Shown here: positions 1-9,151 of the stretch, piece by piece
Position numbering within the stretch: the first letter of the stretch is position 1
How the letters are laid out: each line of letters begins with the position of its first letter
DNA from: Trueperaceae bacterium
GTDB taxonomy: Bacteria; Deinococcota; Deinococci; Deinococcales; Trueperaceae
Direction: 5' to 3'
Assembly: GCA_965215565.1 (NCBI GenBank)
Contig: CBDCDZ010000004.1
Span: 704,001-768,000 of the forward strand
DNA: 64,000 nucleotides
Translations under genes and position numbers: made by a program
Notes under the pieces: model-generated
What the model was told of the DNA's origin: nothing
Database searches by the model: none
What the model saw: the letters and a program-made list of their open reading frames with translations, nothing else

Positions 1-135
1 CACCTCGACCTCATGGAGCAAGCAGCGGCGCTAGAGGAAACAGCGGGCGCGTGGTCTTTAGAAAATCATCCGACGATGGAAGACGATAAGGGGATAGATG
101 CCTGGCTGAAAGAGTCTCGGCGGGACCAGAGCTAA
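1..135 (+). CDS. 3' end of a small protein (partial), possibly an antitoxin-like protein
   Basis: Frame 1 reads HLDLMEQAAALEETAGAWSLENHPTMEDDKGIDAWLKESRRDQS*. The AGAW..E.HP...ID.W...R pattern resembles C-termini of small RHH-type antitoxins (recall, not searched). Confidence 0.45.
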   Translation, partial: HLDLMEQAAALEETAGAWSLENHPTMEDDKGIDAWLKESRRDQS

Positions 136-234
136 ATTTTGAGTACATTGCGAATCTGAGTTTATATCCGCTCTCGAGTTGAATTCAGCACTCTCACCTG
201 AAAACCACCTCTTGAAGCGGGTAAACTACCTCTT

Positions 235-1485
235 GTGACCATCATTCAAGCCGCCGCCGTCCTCATCTCCCTGACCGCCGTTTTAGGCTACGTCAACGAA
301 CGCTTCATCCGCCTCCCTACACCCATCGGTGTGATGCTGACCGCCCTAGCGCTCTCCTTGGGGCTCCTTATCTTTGGAACACAAGAGGTCAGCCAGTGGG
401 CGCAGACGTTTTTGGACAACCTCAACTTCAACAGCTTAGTGATGGACGGACTACTGAGCTTCCTGCTCTTCGCGGGCGCACTAACGGTGAACTTGGACGA
501 CTTAAACGAACAGAAGTGGCCCGTCTTGACGCTCGCAACGGTGGGCATCTTAGTCTCGACTTTTTTAGTGGGGACGCTCACCTACTACGCACTGATGCTC
601 TTCGGCCTGAACCTCCCGTATATCTACGCGCTGCTGTTCGGCGCACTTATCTCACCGACGGACCCGATTGCTGTGTTGGGTATCCTCAAAAAGCTGAGCG
701 TTCCCAAACGTATCGAGACGCTCATCACGGGCGAGTCGCTCTTCAACGACGGGGTGGGCGTCGTCGTGTTCAGCGTTTTGCTGAGCTTCGTTGAGGAGGG
801 TCAGGCGCAACCTAGCGTAGGCGGTGTCGCGCTTCTCTTTGCAGAAGAAGCTATGGGCGGCATCCTCTTCGGGCTCGTGCTCGGCTATCTCACGTATACA
901 CTTCTGAAGCGGGTCAATAACTACAGCGTGGAGGTGCTGCTCACGCTGGCGGCAGTGATGGGCGGCTATACGTTGGCGCAACTCATTCACACCTCGGGAC
1001 CGCTGGCGATGGTTGTGGTAGGGCTCTTTATCGGCAACCGGGGGCGGCTCTTCGCGATGTCCGAGACGACGCGCGAGCACTTAGACACCTTTTGGGAGAT
1101 GGTCGACGAGGTCTTGAACGCGGTGCTCTTTGCGCTGATTGGTTTGGAGCTTCTAGCCGTGCGTTTTAGTGGGCTCAACCTCGCGGCGGCACTCGTCGCC
1201 GTGCCTATCGCTTTACTGTCGCGCACGGTTAGCGTCGGCGCACCCATCAACCTCTTCAAGTTCCGCCAGGACTACGCGCCCTACACTGTTCGGATGATGG
1301 TGTGGGGCGGGCTCAAAGGGGGGATTTCGATTGCGCTCGCGCTGTCACTCCCCGAAGGAGACGAGCGCGAGCTGATTGAGGTAATGACGTATGGCGTTGT
1401 GGTCTTTACGATTTTAGTTCAGGGGTTGACGGTGGAGCGAGTGGCGAAACGGATGATTGAGAGTTCAAAAGAGCAGAACGCTTAA
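235..1485 (+). CDS. nhaP: CPA1 family Na+/H+ antiporter (NhaP-like)
   Basis: 416 aa, multi-TM. Motifs FGALISPTDPIAV, GESLFNDG and WGGLKGGISIALALS. Preceded by TAAACT-N7-GTG (leaderless). Confidence 0.92.
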   Translation: MTIIQAAAVLISLTAVLGYVNERFIRLPTPIGVMLTALALSLGLLIFGTQEVSQWAQTFLDNLNFNSLVMDGLLSFLLFAGALTVNLDDLNEQKWPVLTLATVGILVSTFLVGTLTYYALMLFGLNLPYIYALLFGALISPTDPIAVLGILKKLSVPKRIETLITGESLFNDGVGVVVFSVLLSFVEEGQAQPSVGGVALLFAEEAMGGILFGLVLGYLTYTLLKRVNNYSVEVLLTLAAVMGGYTLAQLIHTSGPLAMVVVGLFIGNRGRLFAMSETTREHLDTFWEMVDEVLNAVLFALIGLELLAVRFSGLNLAAALVAVPIALLSRTVSVGAPINLFKFRQDYAPYTVRMMVWGGLKGGISIALALSLPEGDERELIEVMTYGVVVFTILVQGLTVERVAKRMIESSKEQNA

Positions 1486-2933
1486 ACACCACCCGTAAAA
1501 ATCGACTTCGTCTCCATATACTCAAAAATCCCCTCAGACCCCGCCTCACGTCCGAAACCGCTGCCTTTGATACCACCGAAGGGAGCTTCAGGCGTCGCGG
1601 GAAGCCAATCGTTGATACAGACCATGCCGTATTGGAGCCCCTCCGACATGCGAATGGACGTGTTGAGGTCATTCGTTAGGACAAAAGCAGCTAAACCGTA
1701 CTCGGTGTTGTTGGCAAGCTCCAAGACCTCTTCTTTACCACTAAACTTCACAAGCGGCATGACCGGACCGAAAATCTCTTCGTCGTAGACGGGAACGCCT
1801 GGTTTTACACCTGTGACAACCGTCGGCTCAAAGAAGTACCCTCTTCCGTCCCTTGGCTTACCACCCGTCAAGACCTCTGCGCCGTTCGACGTACTTGCTT
1901 CGACCAATTCCGCCACCCGCTCACGCTGTTTGGCATTGATGAGCGGACCGACGTCCGTACCTCTCTCTAACCCATGTCCAACGGTGAGCGCCTTCGCTGC
2001 CTCTGCTGCTCGCTCTACAAATTCGTCATAGATATTTTCATGAACAAAGAAGCGTTGTGGCGACACGCAGACCTGTCCGCAGTTACGGGTTTTCCACGTG
2101 ACCGCGAGCTTCGCGGTTCGCGCCACATCTACATCCGGGAAGACGAGCACGGGCGCGTTGCCGCCGAGTTCTAAGGAGAGCCGCGTCATCGTCTGCGAGG
2201 CTCCGTCCATCAGCAATTTACCGACTCGAGGACTGCCCGTAAACTGGATTTTGCGCACCCTCGCGTCTTGCAGTAAAACCTCGCCCATCCCCTCCGGCTC
2301 CCCGTTGATGAGGTTCATCACCCCAGCGGGTGCGCCGCCCTCGTGTAAGGCTTGCGCTAAGAGCATCCCCGTGCGCGGCGTGAACTCGCTCGGACGCCCG
2401 ACGACGGTGTTGCCCGCCGCGAGCGCCGCCGCCCAGACCCGCACGTTGTTGTACACCGGAAAGTTCCACGCGGTGATGCTGCCCACCACGCCCATCGGCT
2501 GGTGGATGACCTGGATGCGGCGGTTACTGACCCGCGCCGGGACGGTGCGCCCGTAAGCGCGGACGCCCTCGCCTGCGAACCACTCCAAGTACCCCACCGC
2601 GCTCGCCCACTCCGCTTTGGCTTCACCCAACGGTTTGCCTGATTCTTCCGTCGTGACCCTCGCCAAATCCTCAATCCGCTCCGAAATCCACGCGCCTGCT
2701 TTGCGCAAGACCTCCGCACGTTTGTAGGGGTTCGTCTGTGACCAGGCGGGGAAGGCTTCGGCGGCGGCATCAACGGCGGCTTGCGCGTCCGCTTTATCTC
2801 CGAAAGGAACCTGCTGGATGACCTCTTCGGTGGCAGGGTCTACGAGGTCCCAAGTGCTGCCGTTACCCGCTTTGGTCCACTCGCCGCCGATGAGTTGTTT
2901 GAAAAAGTAGGCTTCTTTGGTTTGGACTGCCAT
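1482..2933 (-). CDS. gabD: NAD(P)-dependent succinate-semialdehyde dehydrogenase / aldehyde dehydrogenase
   Basis: WNFP, FTGS, LELGGNAP, catalytic Cys (GQVCVS), EEIFGP and PFGGIKGSGFGRE. Start placed at ATG 2933 behind SD AAGGAG. Confidence 0.88.
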   Translation of the reverse strand: MAVQTKEAYFFKQLIGGEWTKAGNGSTWDLVDPATEEVIQQVPFGDKADAQAAVDAAAEAFPAWSQTNPYKRAEVLRKAGAWISERIEDLARVTTEESGKPLGEAKAEWASAVGYLEWFAGEGVRAYGRTVPARVSNRRIQVIHQPMGVVGSITAWNFPVYNNVRVWAAALAAGNTVVGRPSEFTPRTGMLLAQALHEGGAPAGVMNLINGEPEGMGEVLLQDARVRKIQFTGSPRVGKLLMDGASQTMTRLSLELGGNAPVLVFPDVDVARTAKLAVTWKTRNCGQVCVSPQRFFVHENIYDEFVERAAEAAKALTVGHGLERGTDVGPLINAKQRERVAELVEASTSNGAEVLTGGKPRDGRGYFFEPTVVTGVKPGVPVYDEEIFGPVMPLVKFSGKEEVLELANNTEYGLAAFVLTNDLNTSIRMSEGLQYGMVCINDWLPATPEAPFGGIKGSGFGREAGSEGIFEYMETKSIFTGGV

Positions 2934-3062
2934 GTTTTTGCTCCTTCTCATTGATATCTACGCCAAACGGTGTTGTTGCTCGCTGCACTCTAAGTCTAAT
3001 CCAAATCCCTCATCATGCGTTTTGAAACTCCCTGCTCAGTAACACCACATAACACTATTACT

Positions 3063-3086
3063 TAGCATGCTTTGGCATGCTACTAT
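3063..3086 (+). promoter_or_regulatory. Inverted repeat TAGCATGC-TTTG-GCATGCTA carrying two GCATGC sites and overlapping an extended -10 (TG-C-TACTAT)
   Basis: Read directly: GCATGC at 3065-3070 and 3075-3080; TG at 3078-3079; TACTAT at 3081-3086; in-frame ATG at 3091. Confidence 0.7.
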
Positions 3087-3090
3087 TCTA

Positions 3091-3390
3091 ATGGTGCGAT
3101 GGAGTAGGCAAAGAAGCAACGCGGAAGCGTTAATGGTTAAAATTCTGTCGGAAAGTCAAGTTCCTATGTCTTTGAAAGAAGTTATTACACAAATTAGAAA
3201 GCTCGACTCAGACGCTTTTCAGGGAAAAACGCCTGAAAAATCACTGTATTCCGTCATCTATCGCAGGGAAAGGAAAAGAGAAAAGCTCCAGAAGACGTCG
3301 GCGTTTATCATTGAGAGAAGGTATGGGGCAACGCTATACAAGCTCAATCCTCAGTTCAACACTTCCGAAGCTGGCGAACAGATAGCGTGA
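3091..3390 (+). CDS. Stand-alone HARE-HTH (HB1/ASXL/restriction endonuclease winged HTH) protein
   Basis: AEALMVKILSESQVPMSLKEVITQI...GKTPEKSLYSVIY matches the HARE-HTH pattern (..IL......M...EI...I......GKTP..S/T+...+Y). The ORF is open from 3067; start uncertain (3067, 3091 or 3133). GTGA overlap with the MTase. Confidence 0.72.
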   Translation: MVRWSRQRSNAEALMVKILSESQVPMSLKEVITQIRKLDSDAFQGKTPEKSLYSVIYRRERKREKLQKTSAFIIERRYGATLYKLNPQFNTSEAGEQIA

Positions 3391-4304
3391 CAAAACCCGA
3401 AAGAATACCGCACGTTATCCCGTATCAAGGGAGTAAGAGGAAGCTTGCACGATCTATTTTAAGTCACATCTCTTTTGATGCCGACGTTTTTTTTGAACCT
3501 TTCGCTGGTTCAGCAGCCACAACGATTGCAGCAGCGACAAGTGATGTGGCAAATTCATACGTTATATCCGACAAGCTGAAAGTATTGACTGATTTATGGA
3601 GCATGATCGTTGATAGTCCTGATGAACTGATTCAAGAATACACCTGCCTCTGGGAGTCACAACTGACTGACCCCAAAGGCTTCTATCACCAAACTAGAAA
3701 AGCGTACAACCGAAACCCTACAGCACCAGCCTTTCTTTATCTCGTGGCTAGGTGTGTCAAAAATAGCATACGCTTCAATAGACAGGGCGACTTCAACCAG
3801 GGACCCGACAACCGCCGCTTAGGAATGAAACCGTCCAAGCTGGCTAAAGAAGTGCGAGCAACCGCTGAGCTTTTGAGAGGGAAAATTTCAGTTAGGCACG
3901 GAGATTTTCAGGATGTATTAGAAAGCGCGACGGAGAATGATGTCGTTTACCTAGACCCTCCTTGGCAAGGAACGAGCAAGAAAAATGATCCGAGATATGC
4001 TTACCTGCTAGAACTCGGTAAGTTAGTTGAAGAACTCAGCTTCCTGAATCAGCGCGGCGTTCCTTACTTGCTGAGCTTTGATGGTTCATGCGGTGATAAG
4101 GTCTACGGCGCGTCTCTTCCGCCTTGGCTCAACCTCGAAAAGGTAGCTCTTAAAGCGGGACGTTCAAGTCAAGCAACACTTCTTGGACGCAACGATGAAA
4201 CTGTTGAATCGTTGTATTTATCGCCTGCATTAGTGCAAAAGAAACGGGCTTTAGAGGAAAACACTATCCCGGAGCGGACCATGTTGTTCGAGCAACCGGC
4301 TTAG
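3387..4304 (+). CDS. Dam-family (alpha class, D12) N6-adenine DNA methyltransferase
   Basis: N-terminal IPYQGSKRKLA, motif I FFEPFAGSAA, and motif IV YLDPPW (DPPY variant). Confidence 0.92.
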   Translation: MTKPERIPHVIPYQGSKRKLARSILSHISFDADVFFEPFAGSAATTIAAATSDVANSYVISDKLKVLTDLWSMIVDSPDELIQEYTCLWESQLTDPKGFYHQTRKAYNRNPTAPAFLYLVARCVKNSIRFNRQGDFNQGPDNRRLGMKPSKLAKEVRATAELLRGKISVRHGDFQDVLESATENDVVYLDPPWQGTSKKNDPRYAYLLELGKLVEELSFLNQRGVPYLLSFDGSCGDKVYGASLPPWLNLEKVALKAGRSSQATLLGRNDETVESLYLSPALVQKKRALEENTIPERTMLFEQPA

Positions 4305-5032
4305 TTATCTTCTTGCTCCAAAGTCCTTTTGAGAGTTTCTTTTATGTAGCTCTGTACGGAGCGGTCTGACCGAGATGCACGTTCAGAGAGTCGTTCGTAA
4401 TCTTCTACCTCCTCGCTTTGCCAGACGATGTCGACTCGCCTTTCCTCTTTCGTGGCAACGTGCGTGTAACTCTCCGGGAATGCCCAGTAGCATCTTCGGC
4501 AGATTTCAGGGTCTTTCAGACTGATCAGATTTTCGCAGTGTTCGCACGACCATGATTTCTGTCTTTGCGACGTTCCTGTTAAGAGCATAAAGGCGTCTAA
4601 GTCGTCCTCGTTCGATACATTATCTCCAATAACTTCGTAGGGAATGCGGTGATCAATTTGAAGGTAACGCGGCTGGTATATCTCGTTTGTAATCGCTCCC
4701 CTGCTCCCATACTTTTCCACAAGGGCGTTCTTGAATTTTTTGGAGAAGGTTTTACGCCCTCCCAACTTGTGACGCTCTACATCGCTCGGATTACCGAACC
4801 TGTAAGCGGCTATCTTGCGCCCATCACGTCCTGTTACTTTGAACGTCTCTATTGGGATACCCTGTTCACGCACATCTCGGACAGCTCGAGGTGGATGATT
4901 GTATCCGTAGTCATCTTTGAGCTGCTCAGTAGTTATAGAACCATGCGCAATAATGTGGTCAATAACTGTTCTCGCACGTTTGGCTGTAACTTTCCTCGCA
5001 GCCTCTAAAATTCGCTCGTCAACTTTTGTCAC
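4301..5032 (-). CDS. HNH-type Type II restriction endonuclease, SphI-like
   Basis: GY.HPPRAVRD, LQIDHRIPY, KSWSCEHCEN...C..CYWA.PE.YTHV closely resemble R.SphI as recalled. Adjacent to an m6A MTase. Confidence 0.75.
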   Translation of the reverse strand: MTKVDERILEAARKVTAKRARTVIDHIIAHGSITTEQLKDDYGYNHPPRAVRDVREQGIPIETFKVTGRDGRKIAAYRFGNPSDVERHKLGGRKTFSKKFKNALVEKYGSRGAITNEIYQPRYLQIDHRIPYEVIGDNVSNEDDLDAFMLLTGTSQRQKSWSCEHCENLISLKDPEICRRCYWAFPESYTHVATKEERRVDIVWQSEEVEDYERLSERASRSDRSVQSYIKETLKRTLEQEDN

Positions 5033-5091
5033 GAGGTATTGTTACTCGAGCTGGACCAACAATCAACACACGAATAGCGCGACAAGTCAAT

Positions 5092-6444
5092 CTATCCTCT
5101 CATAGGCTCTTTCAGCGCCGCCCTAACCGCCTCACCCAGCACCCCCATCCCCTCATCAATCTCTTCATCCGAGAGGTTCAAGGGTGGCAGCAACCGGATA
5201 CAGTTGCTGTAGAGCCCCGCCCGCAAGATGATGAGCCCACGCTTCAAGGCTTCGGCGGTGATGTCTACCACCTCTTGCGCCGTAAGCGGTTTCTTCCCCG
5301 CTCTATCCCGCACGAACTCAACCGCCAACATCGGACCTAAGCCCCGCACGTCACCGACGGATTCGTGTTCGTTTTGAAGCCCTCGGAGGTGTTCCCGAAA
5401 GCGTTCGCCGACTCGGTTCGCACGTGCTAAAAACTCCGGCGCTTGAATCATCTTGACCGCTTCAATCGCCGCTGCACACGCTAGAGGATTGCCGCTGTAC
5501 GTCCCGCCCAACCCACCAGGATGCGGCGCGTCCATCAGTTCCGCTTTGCCGATGACCGCCGAAATGGGCATCCCTGCGCCTAAAGATTTTGCTGTCGTCA
5601 AGAGGTCAGGCGTCACGCCGTAATGCTCCACCGCAAAGAGCTTGCCCGTGCGCCCCATCCCGCACTGAATCTCATCAGCGACCATCACCATGCCGTGCTC
5701 CGTGCAGAGTTCGCGGATGCGCTTTAAGAACTTGGGCGGCGTCGGCAAGAAGCCCCCTTCACCCTGAACGGGTTCGATAACGACAGCGGCGACGGCGCTC
5801 GGGTCCACCTGGGCGATGAAGGCGTGCTCGAGCTGCGCAATCATATAATCCACATACTGCTCATCCGTCATGCTCTCTGGGCGGCGGTAGAGGTTCGGGA
5901 AGGGCAAGCGGTAAACTTCAGGTGCAAACGGCGCAAACCCTTTTTTGAACAGCGCGTACTTGCTCGTCATTGTCAAGGTTAGGTTCGTACGCCCGTGATA
6001 CGCGCCCTCGAAGACGACGATGCCGGGGCGTCCCGTGTATGAACGGGCAATGTTGACCGCCGTCTCGACGGCTTCCGCGCCGCTGCTCATAAAGGTGGCT
6101 TTAGTCTCGCCTGCAATTGGCGCAACCGACGTTAGTAATTCAGCAAGCTCCACCATCGGCTCAGAAGTTGCAACGATGCCGCAAGGATGAATGACTTTAT
6201 CCACTTGGTTTTTAATCGCGGTGACGACGCTCTTAGGTGTATGCCCAACCGCCAACATGCCGATGCCGCCCGCGAAGTCTAAAAGTGTATTTCCGTCTGC
6301 GTCGGTGACGGCTGCGCCATGGGCGCGTTCAACAGCGATGGAGGTGAGTTTCGCTGCGCCTCTTGGCGTGACCGCTTCTCTGCGGGCGACGATAGCGCGA
6401 CTTTTCGGTCCGGGAATCTCGGTGATGAGGTTGATGGTGGGCAT
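5092..6444 (-). CDS. gabT: 4-aminobutyrate aminotransferase (class III PLP)
   Basis: DFAGGIG, SGAEAVE, YHGRT, EPVQGEGG, DEIQCGMGRTG, PLP lysine in AKSLGAGMP, and GGTYSGNP. Confidence 0.88.
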   Translation of the reverse strand: MPTINLITEIPGPKSRAIVARREAVTPRGAAKLTSIAVERAHGAAVTDADGNTLLDFAGGIGMLAVGHTPKSVVTAIKNQVDKVIHPCGIVATSEPMVELAELLTSVAPIAGETKATFMSSGAEAVETAVNIARSYTGRPGIVVFEGAYHGRTNLTLTMTSKYALFKKGFAPFAPEVYRLPFPNLYRRPESMTDEQYVDYMIAQLEHAFIAQVDPSAVAAVVIEPVQGEGGFLPTPPKFLKRIRELCTEHGMVMVADEIQCGMGRTGKLFAVEHYGVTPDLLTTAKSLGAGMPISAVIGKAELMDAPHPGGLGGTYSGNPLACAAAIEAVKMIQAPEFLARANRVGERFREHLRGLQNEHESVGDVRGLGPMLAVEFVRDRAGKKPLTAQEVVDITAEALKRGLIILRAGLYSNCIRLLPPLNLSDEEIDEGMGVLGEAVRAALKEPMRG

Positions 6445-6446
6445 GA

Positions 6447-6812
6447 TTAGATGTGCTCGAGTTCCCGAACCGTGCGCTCGTTCTCGACCTCGCCCGTATT
6501 CAGCGTCGTTTTAGGTTCGAAGAGAAGAACATGCGCTTCGCTTTCAGCAATGGGTAAGTGCTCCATACCTCTTGGAATCACCACGCATTCCCCTTCCGAA
6601 AGCACGATGTCTTTTTGGTCACGCAACCTAATTATAAGTTGACCTTTCACCACTAAAAACAGTTCGTCCTCGTGCTCATGCTGATGCCAGTGGAACGCAC
6701 CCTCGAGCTTCGCCAACTTTACCGCCGCGTCATTGACCTCTCCAATGACTTTGGGGCTCCACTGGTCACTGAACGAGGCGAACTTCTCGCTGAGGTTGAT
6801 TTTCTGAATCAT
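6447..6812 (-). CDS. Cupin domain protein
   Basis: Cupin motifs WHQHEHEDELF and IPRGMEHLP. Confidence 0.88.
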   Translation of the reverse strand: MIQKINLSEKFASFSDQWSPKVIGEVNDAAVKLAKLEGAFHWHQHEHEDELFLVVKGQLIIRLRDQKDIVLSEGECVVIPRGMEHLPIAESEAHVLLFEPKTTLNTGEVENERTVRELEHI

Positions 6813-6826
6813 GACTCTCCTAGCCC

Positions 6827-8098
6827 CTAAACCGAAACGGGTGTGGCTTTTTCCAACGCGCCCGCGAAAATCTCCAAAGCTGCGTCAATCTGCTCCGCGT
6901 TCACGACGAGCGGCGGAATCCAGCGGATGATGTTGCTGTAGGTGCCGCAGGTCAGCAGCAAGAGGTTTTGCTCTAAACAGGCTCCGTGGACGCGCTTACA
7001 CGTCTCCGCGTCAGGCTGACCATCCGAGGAGGTGAACTCTGTCCCGATCATGAGCCCGCGTCCGCGCACGTCGCCCAAAACGGGATAGTCGCGTTGAAGC
7101 TCCCGAAGTCCCGACATCAACCGCTCGCCCATCTTGGCGGCGTTCTCAGGTAACTTTTCCTCTACGAGAACTTGGGCGGTTGCTTTGGCTACTGCAAGAG
7201 GTATCGCGCTGCCGCCGCCGTAGGTTCCGCCGTGCGTGCCGGTTTGCCATTTCTCCATCAGAGCGCGGCTCGAGGCTATCCCTGAAATCGGCAAGCCACT
7301 TCCCAACCCCTTCGCCATCACGATGATGTCAGGTAAGAGGTCTGCGTGCTCGAAACAAAACATCTTCCCCGTCCGTCCGAAGCCAGTCTGCACCTCATCC
7401 ATCACCAACATGATGCCGTGCTCGTCGCAGATACGGCGGAGTTCGTGTAGAAAGGGGAGCGGCGCGGGGACGTAGCCCCCTTCGCCTAAGATGGGCTCGA
7501 TCATGATGGCAGCAGTTTCGTCGGGTGCGCTCTGCGATTTCAAGAGGTGTTCCAGTTGGCGCACGCAAAACTCCACTGTCATCTCATCGTCCCAGCCGTA
7601 GAAGTAGGCGTAAGGATACGGCGCAACGAAGACGCCGCCCGGCAGAGGTTGATACTGGTGGCGGTAGACCGTCTTCGATGTCGTCATCGCCATCGCCTGC
7701 GCGGTGCGCCCGTGAAAGCTGCCCTGAAAGACGATGACGTTAGTGCGCCCCGTCGCGTGCCGCGCCAGTTTGAGTGCGCCTTCGGTGGCTTCTGCGCCGC
7801 TGTTTGAGAAGAAAAAGGAGTCGATACCTTCTGGCATAAGAGGTAGGAGGGTGTCGGTCAGCTCGAGCGCAGCCGGTGACACGACGATGTTCATCTGTCC
7901 GAAGAGGAGCTTTTCCGCCTGGTCTTGAATTGCCTTGACGACTTTTGGATGACAGTGACCCGTGTTTGTCACGCCGATGCCGGAGGTGAAGTCGGTAAAG
8001 CGCGTGCCGTCCTGTTCGAAGAGGTAGATGCCTTCGGCTCGAGTGGGCTGAATATGCGTGAGGTGGGTCCAAACGGGTGAGAGGTGTTCTAAAGCCAT
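6827..8098 (-). CDS. Class III PLP aminotransferase (GABA/putrescine aminotransferase-like paralog)
   Basis: DFTSGIGV..TGHCHP, SGAEATE, FHGRT, DEVQTGFGRTG and AKGLGSG. Confidence 0.9.
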   Translation of the reverse strand: MALEHLSPVWTHLTHIQPTRAEGIYLFEQDGTRFTDFTSGIGVTNTGHCHPKVVKAIQDQAEKLLFGQMNIVVSPAALELTDTLLPLMPEGIDSFFFSNSGAEATEGALKLARHATGRTNVIVFQGSFHGRTAQAMAMTTSKTVYRHQYQPLPGGVFVAPYPYAYFYGWDDEMTVEFCVRQLEHLLKSQSAPDETAAIMIEPILGEGGYVPAPLPFLHELRRICDEHGIMLVMDEVQTGFGRTGKMFCFEHADLLPDIIVMAKGLGSGLPISGIASSRALMEKWQTGTHGGTYGGGSAIPLAVAKATAQVLVEEKLPENAAKMGERLMSGLRELQRDYPVLGDVRGRGLMIGTEFTSSDGQPDAETCKRVHGACLEQNLLLLTCGTYSNIIRWIPPLVVNAEQIDAALEIFAGALEKATPVSV

Positions 8099-8156
8099 GC
8101 TAACCTTCTTTCGTAAAAGTTTGAAGCCATTCCAAGCCTGCGATTACTCGAGAATA

Positions 8157-9143
8157 TCAGCTCGAATGCCCTAAAACATCGAGAGGTACAGACAATCGTC
8201 CATGTACATCCAAATCTTCCAAAAACTCAGACCAACAACGCTTCTTTACTCGTAGTTCGCAGTAACATCCAGCTTGCAGCATGAAGGCGAAAAGCGTTTT
8301 GTACAAGTCCTCGAGAAACTGCTCTAAATCTTCTTCTTTGACATCTCCGTAAGACAAATAAAGCGCATCTCTGTAGTTGGCTTTTCCGCGGTACCTAAAA
8401 GCTTGATTCAAAAAGCAAATGGTCTTTCCTGAAAGTCTTTCGTCTCTAATTTCTTTCGCTACATTCTTACGGAAATTCTGGACACCTAACTTCTTGAACT
8501 CGCCACCTCTTCTTATATCCTCCTCTGCCTTCCCACGCTCATAGTCAGCCGTGCCCTTCAAATAGGCGAGACAAGCTCCAACTGCTTCTTCTCTATTTGA
8601 AGGAATTTCTTGTCCTATGTGAAAAGAGCTTCCCAAATTTCTGATTGCCTCTTCGTACTCACTCCTTACAAGTGTATCGAGTCTCCACGCGAAAGGGCTG
8701 CTAATGTAACGTTTCTTAGCAATGTGTGCATCCCAAGCTTTAGCCGTTTTTGCGTGCGTTTCCTGCGTTGAACCATCAGAAGCAGCGACCATAGCTTTAG
8801 CCGAAAAATAAATTCCGTAGTACCAAGAAACTATCGCTATCCGGGCAAGGTCGTACGAGCAGTTGACATCTTTCATCACGTAGAGTGAAGAGAGGTTTTG
8901 TAACGCCATGAATGTGTATTCACAAACAGTAGTATCTGCATTATCACTAGCTGGGTTGCGGAGATTGACTTTGCTACTGAGAGAAGAGAAGAGGAAATTT
9001 CTGTCAATATTCTCTTCATCACAAAGTATGGAAAGACCTCTCAGCCAACCCACCGTTCCTCGAAAGGCAAATCCAGGTGCAACTTTGGAGTCGGCACTTT
9101 TCAGGCGTCGAAAAAGCCACTGAGGTCGTAAAACAATCTTCAC
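8157..9143 (-). CDS. Low-GC hypothetical protein with HEPN-like motifs
   Basis: 328 aa with AT-richer codon usage. WYYGIYFSAKAM...ETH and RGKANY resemble HEPN YY..F..AKA...H and R-x4-Y/H motifs. Confidence 0.55.
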   Translation of the reverse strand: MKIVLRPQWLFRRLKSADSKVAPGFAFRGTVGWLRGLSILCDEENIDRNFLFSSLSSKVNLRNPASDNADTTVCEYTFMALQNLSSLYVMKDVNCSYDLARIAIVSWYYGIYFSAKAMVAASDGSTQETHAKTAKAWDAHIAKKRYISSPFAWRLDTLVRSEYEEAIRNLGSSFHIGQEIPSNREEAVGACLAYLKGTADYERGKAEEDIRRGGEFKKLGVQNFRKNVAKEIRDERLSGKTICFLNQAFRYRGKANYRDALYLSYGDVKEEDLEQFLEDLYKTLFAFMLQAGCYCELRVKKRCWSEFLEDLDVHGRLSVPLDVLGHSS

Positions 9144-9151
9144 GCTTTATT

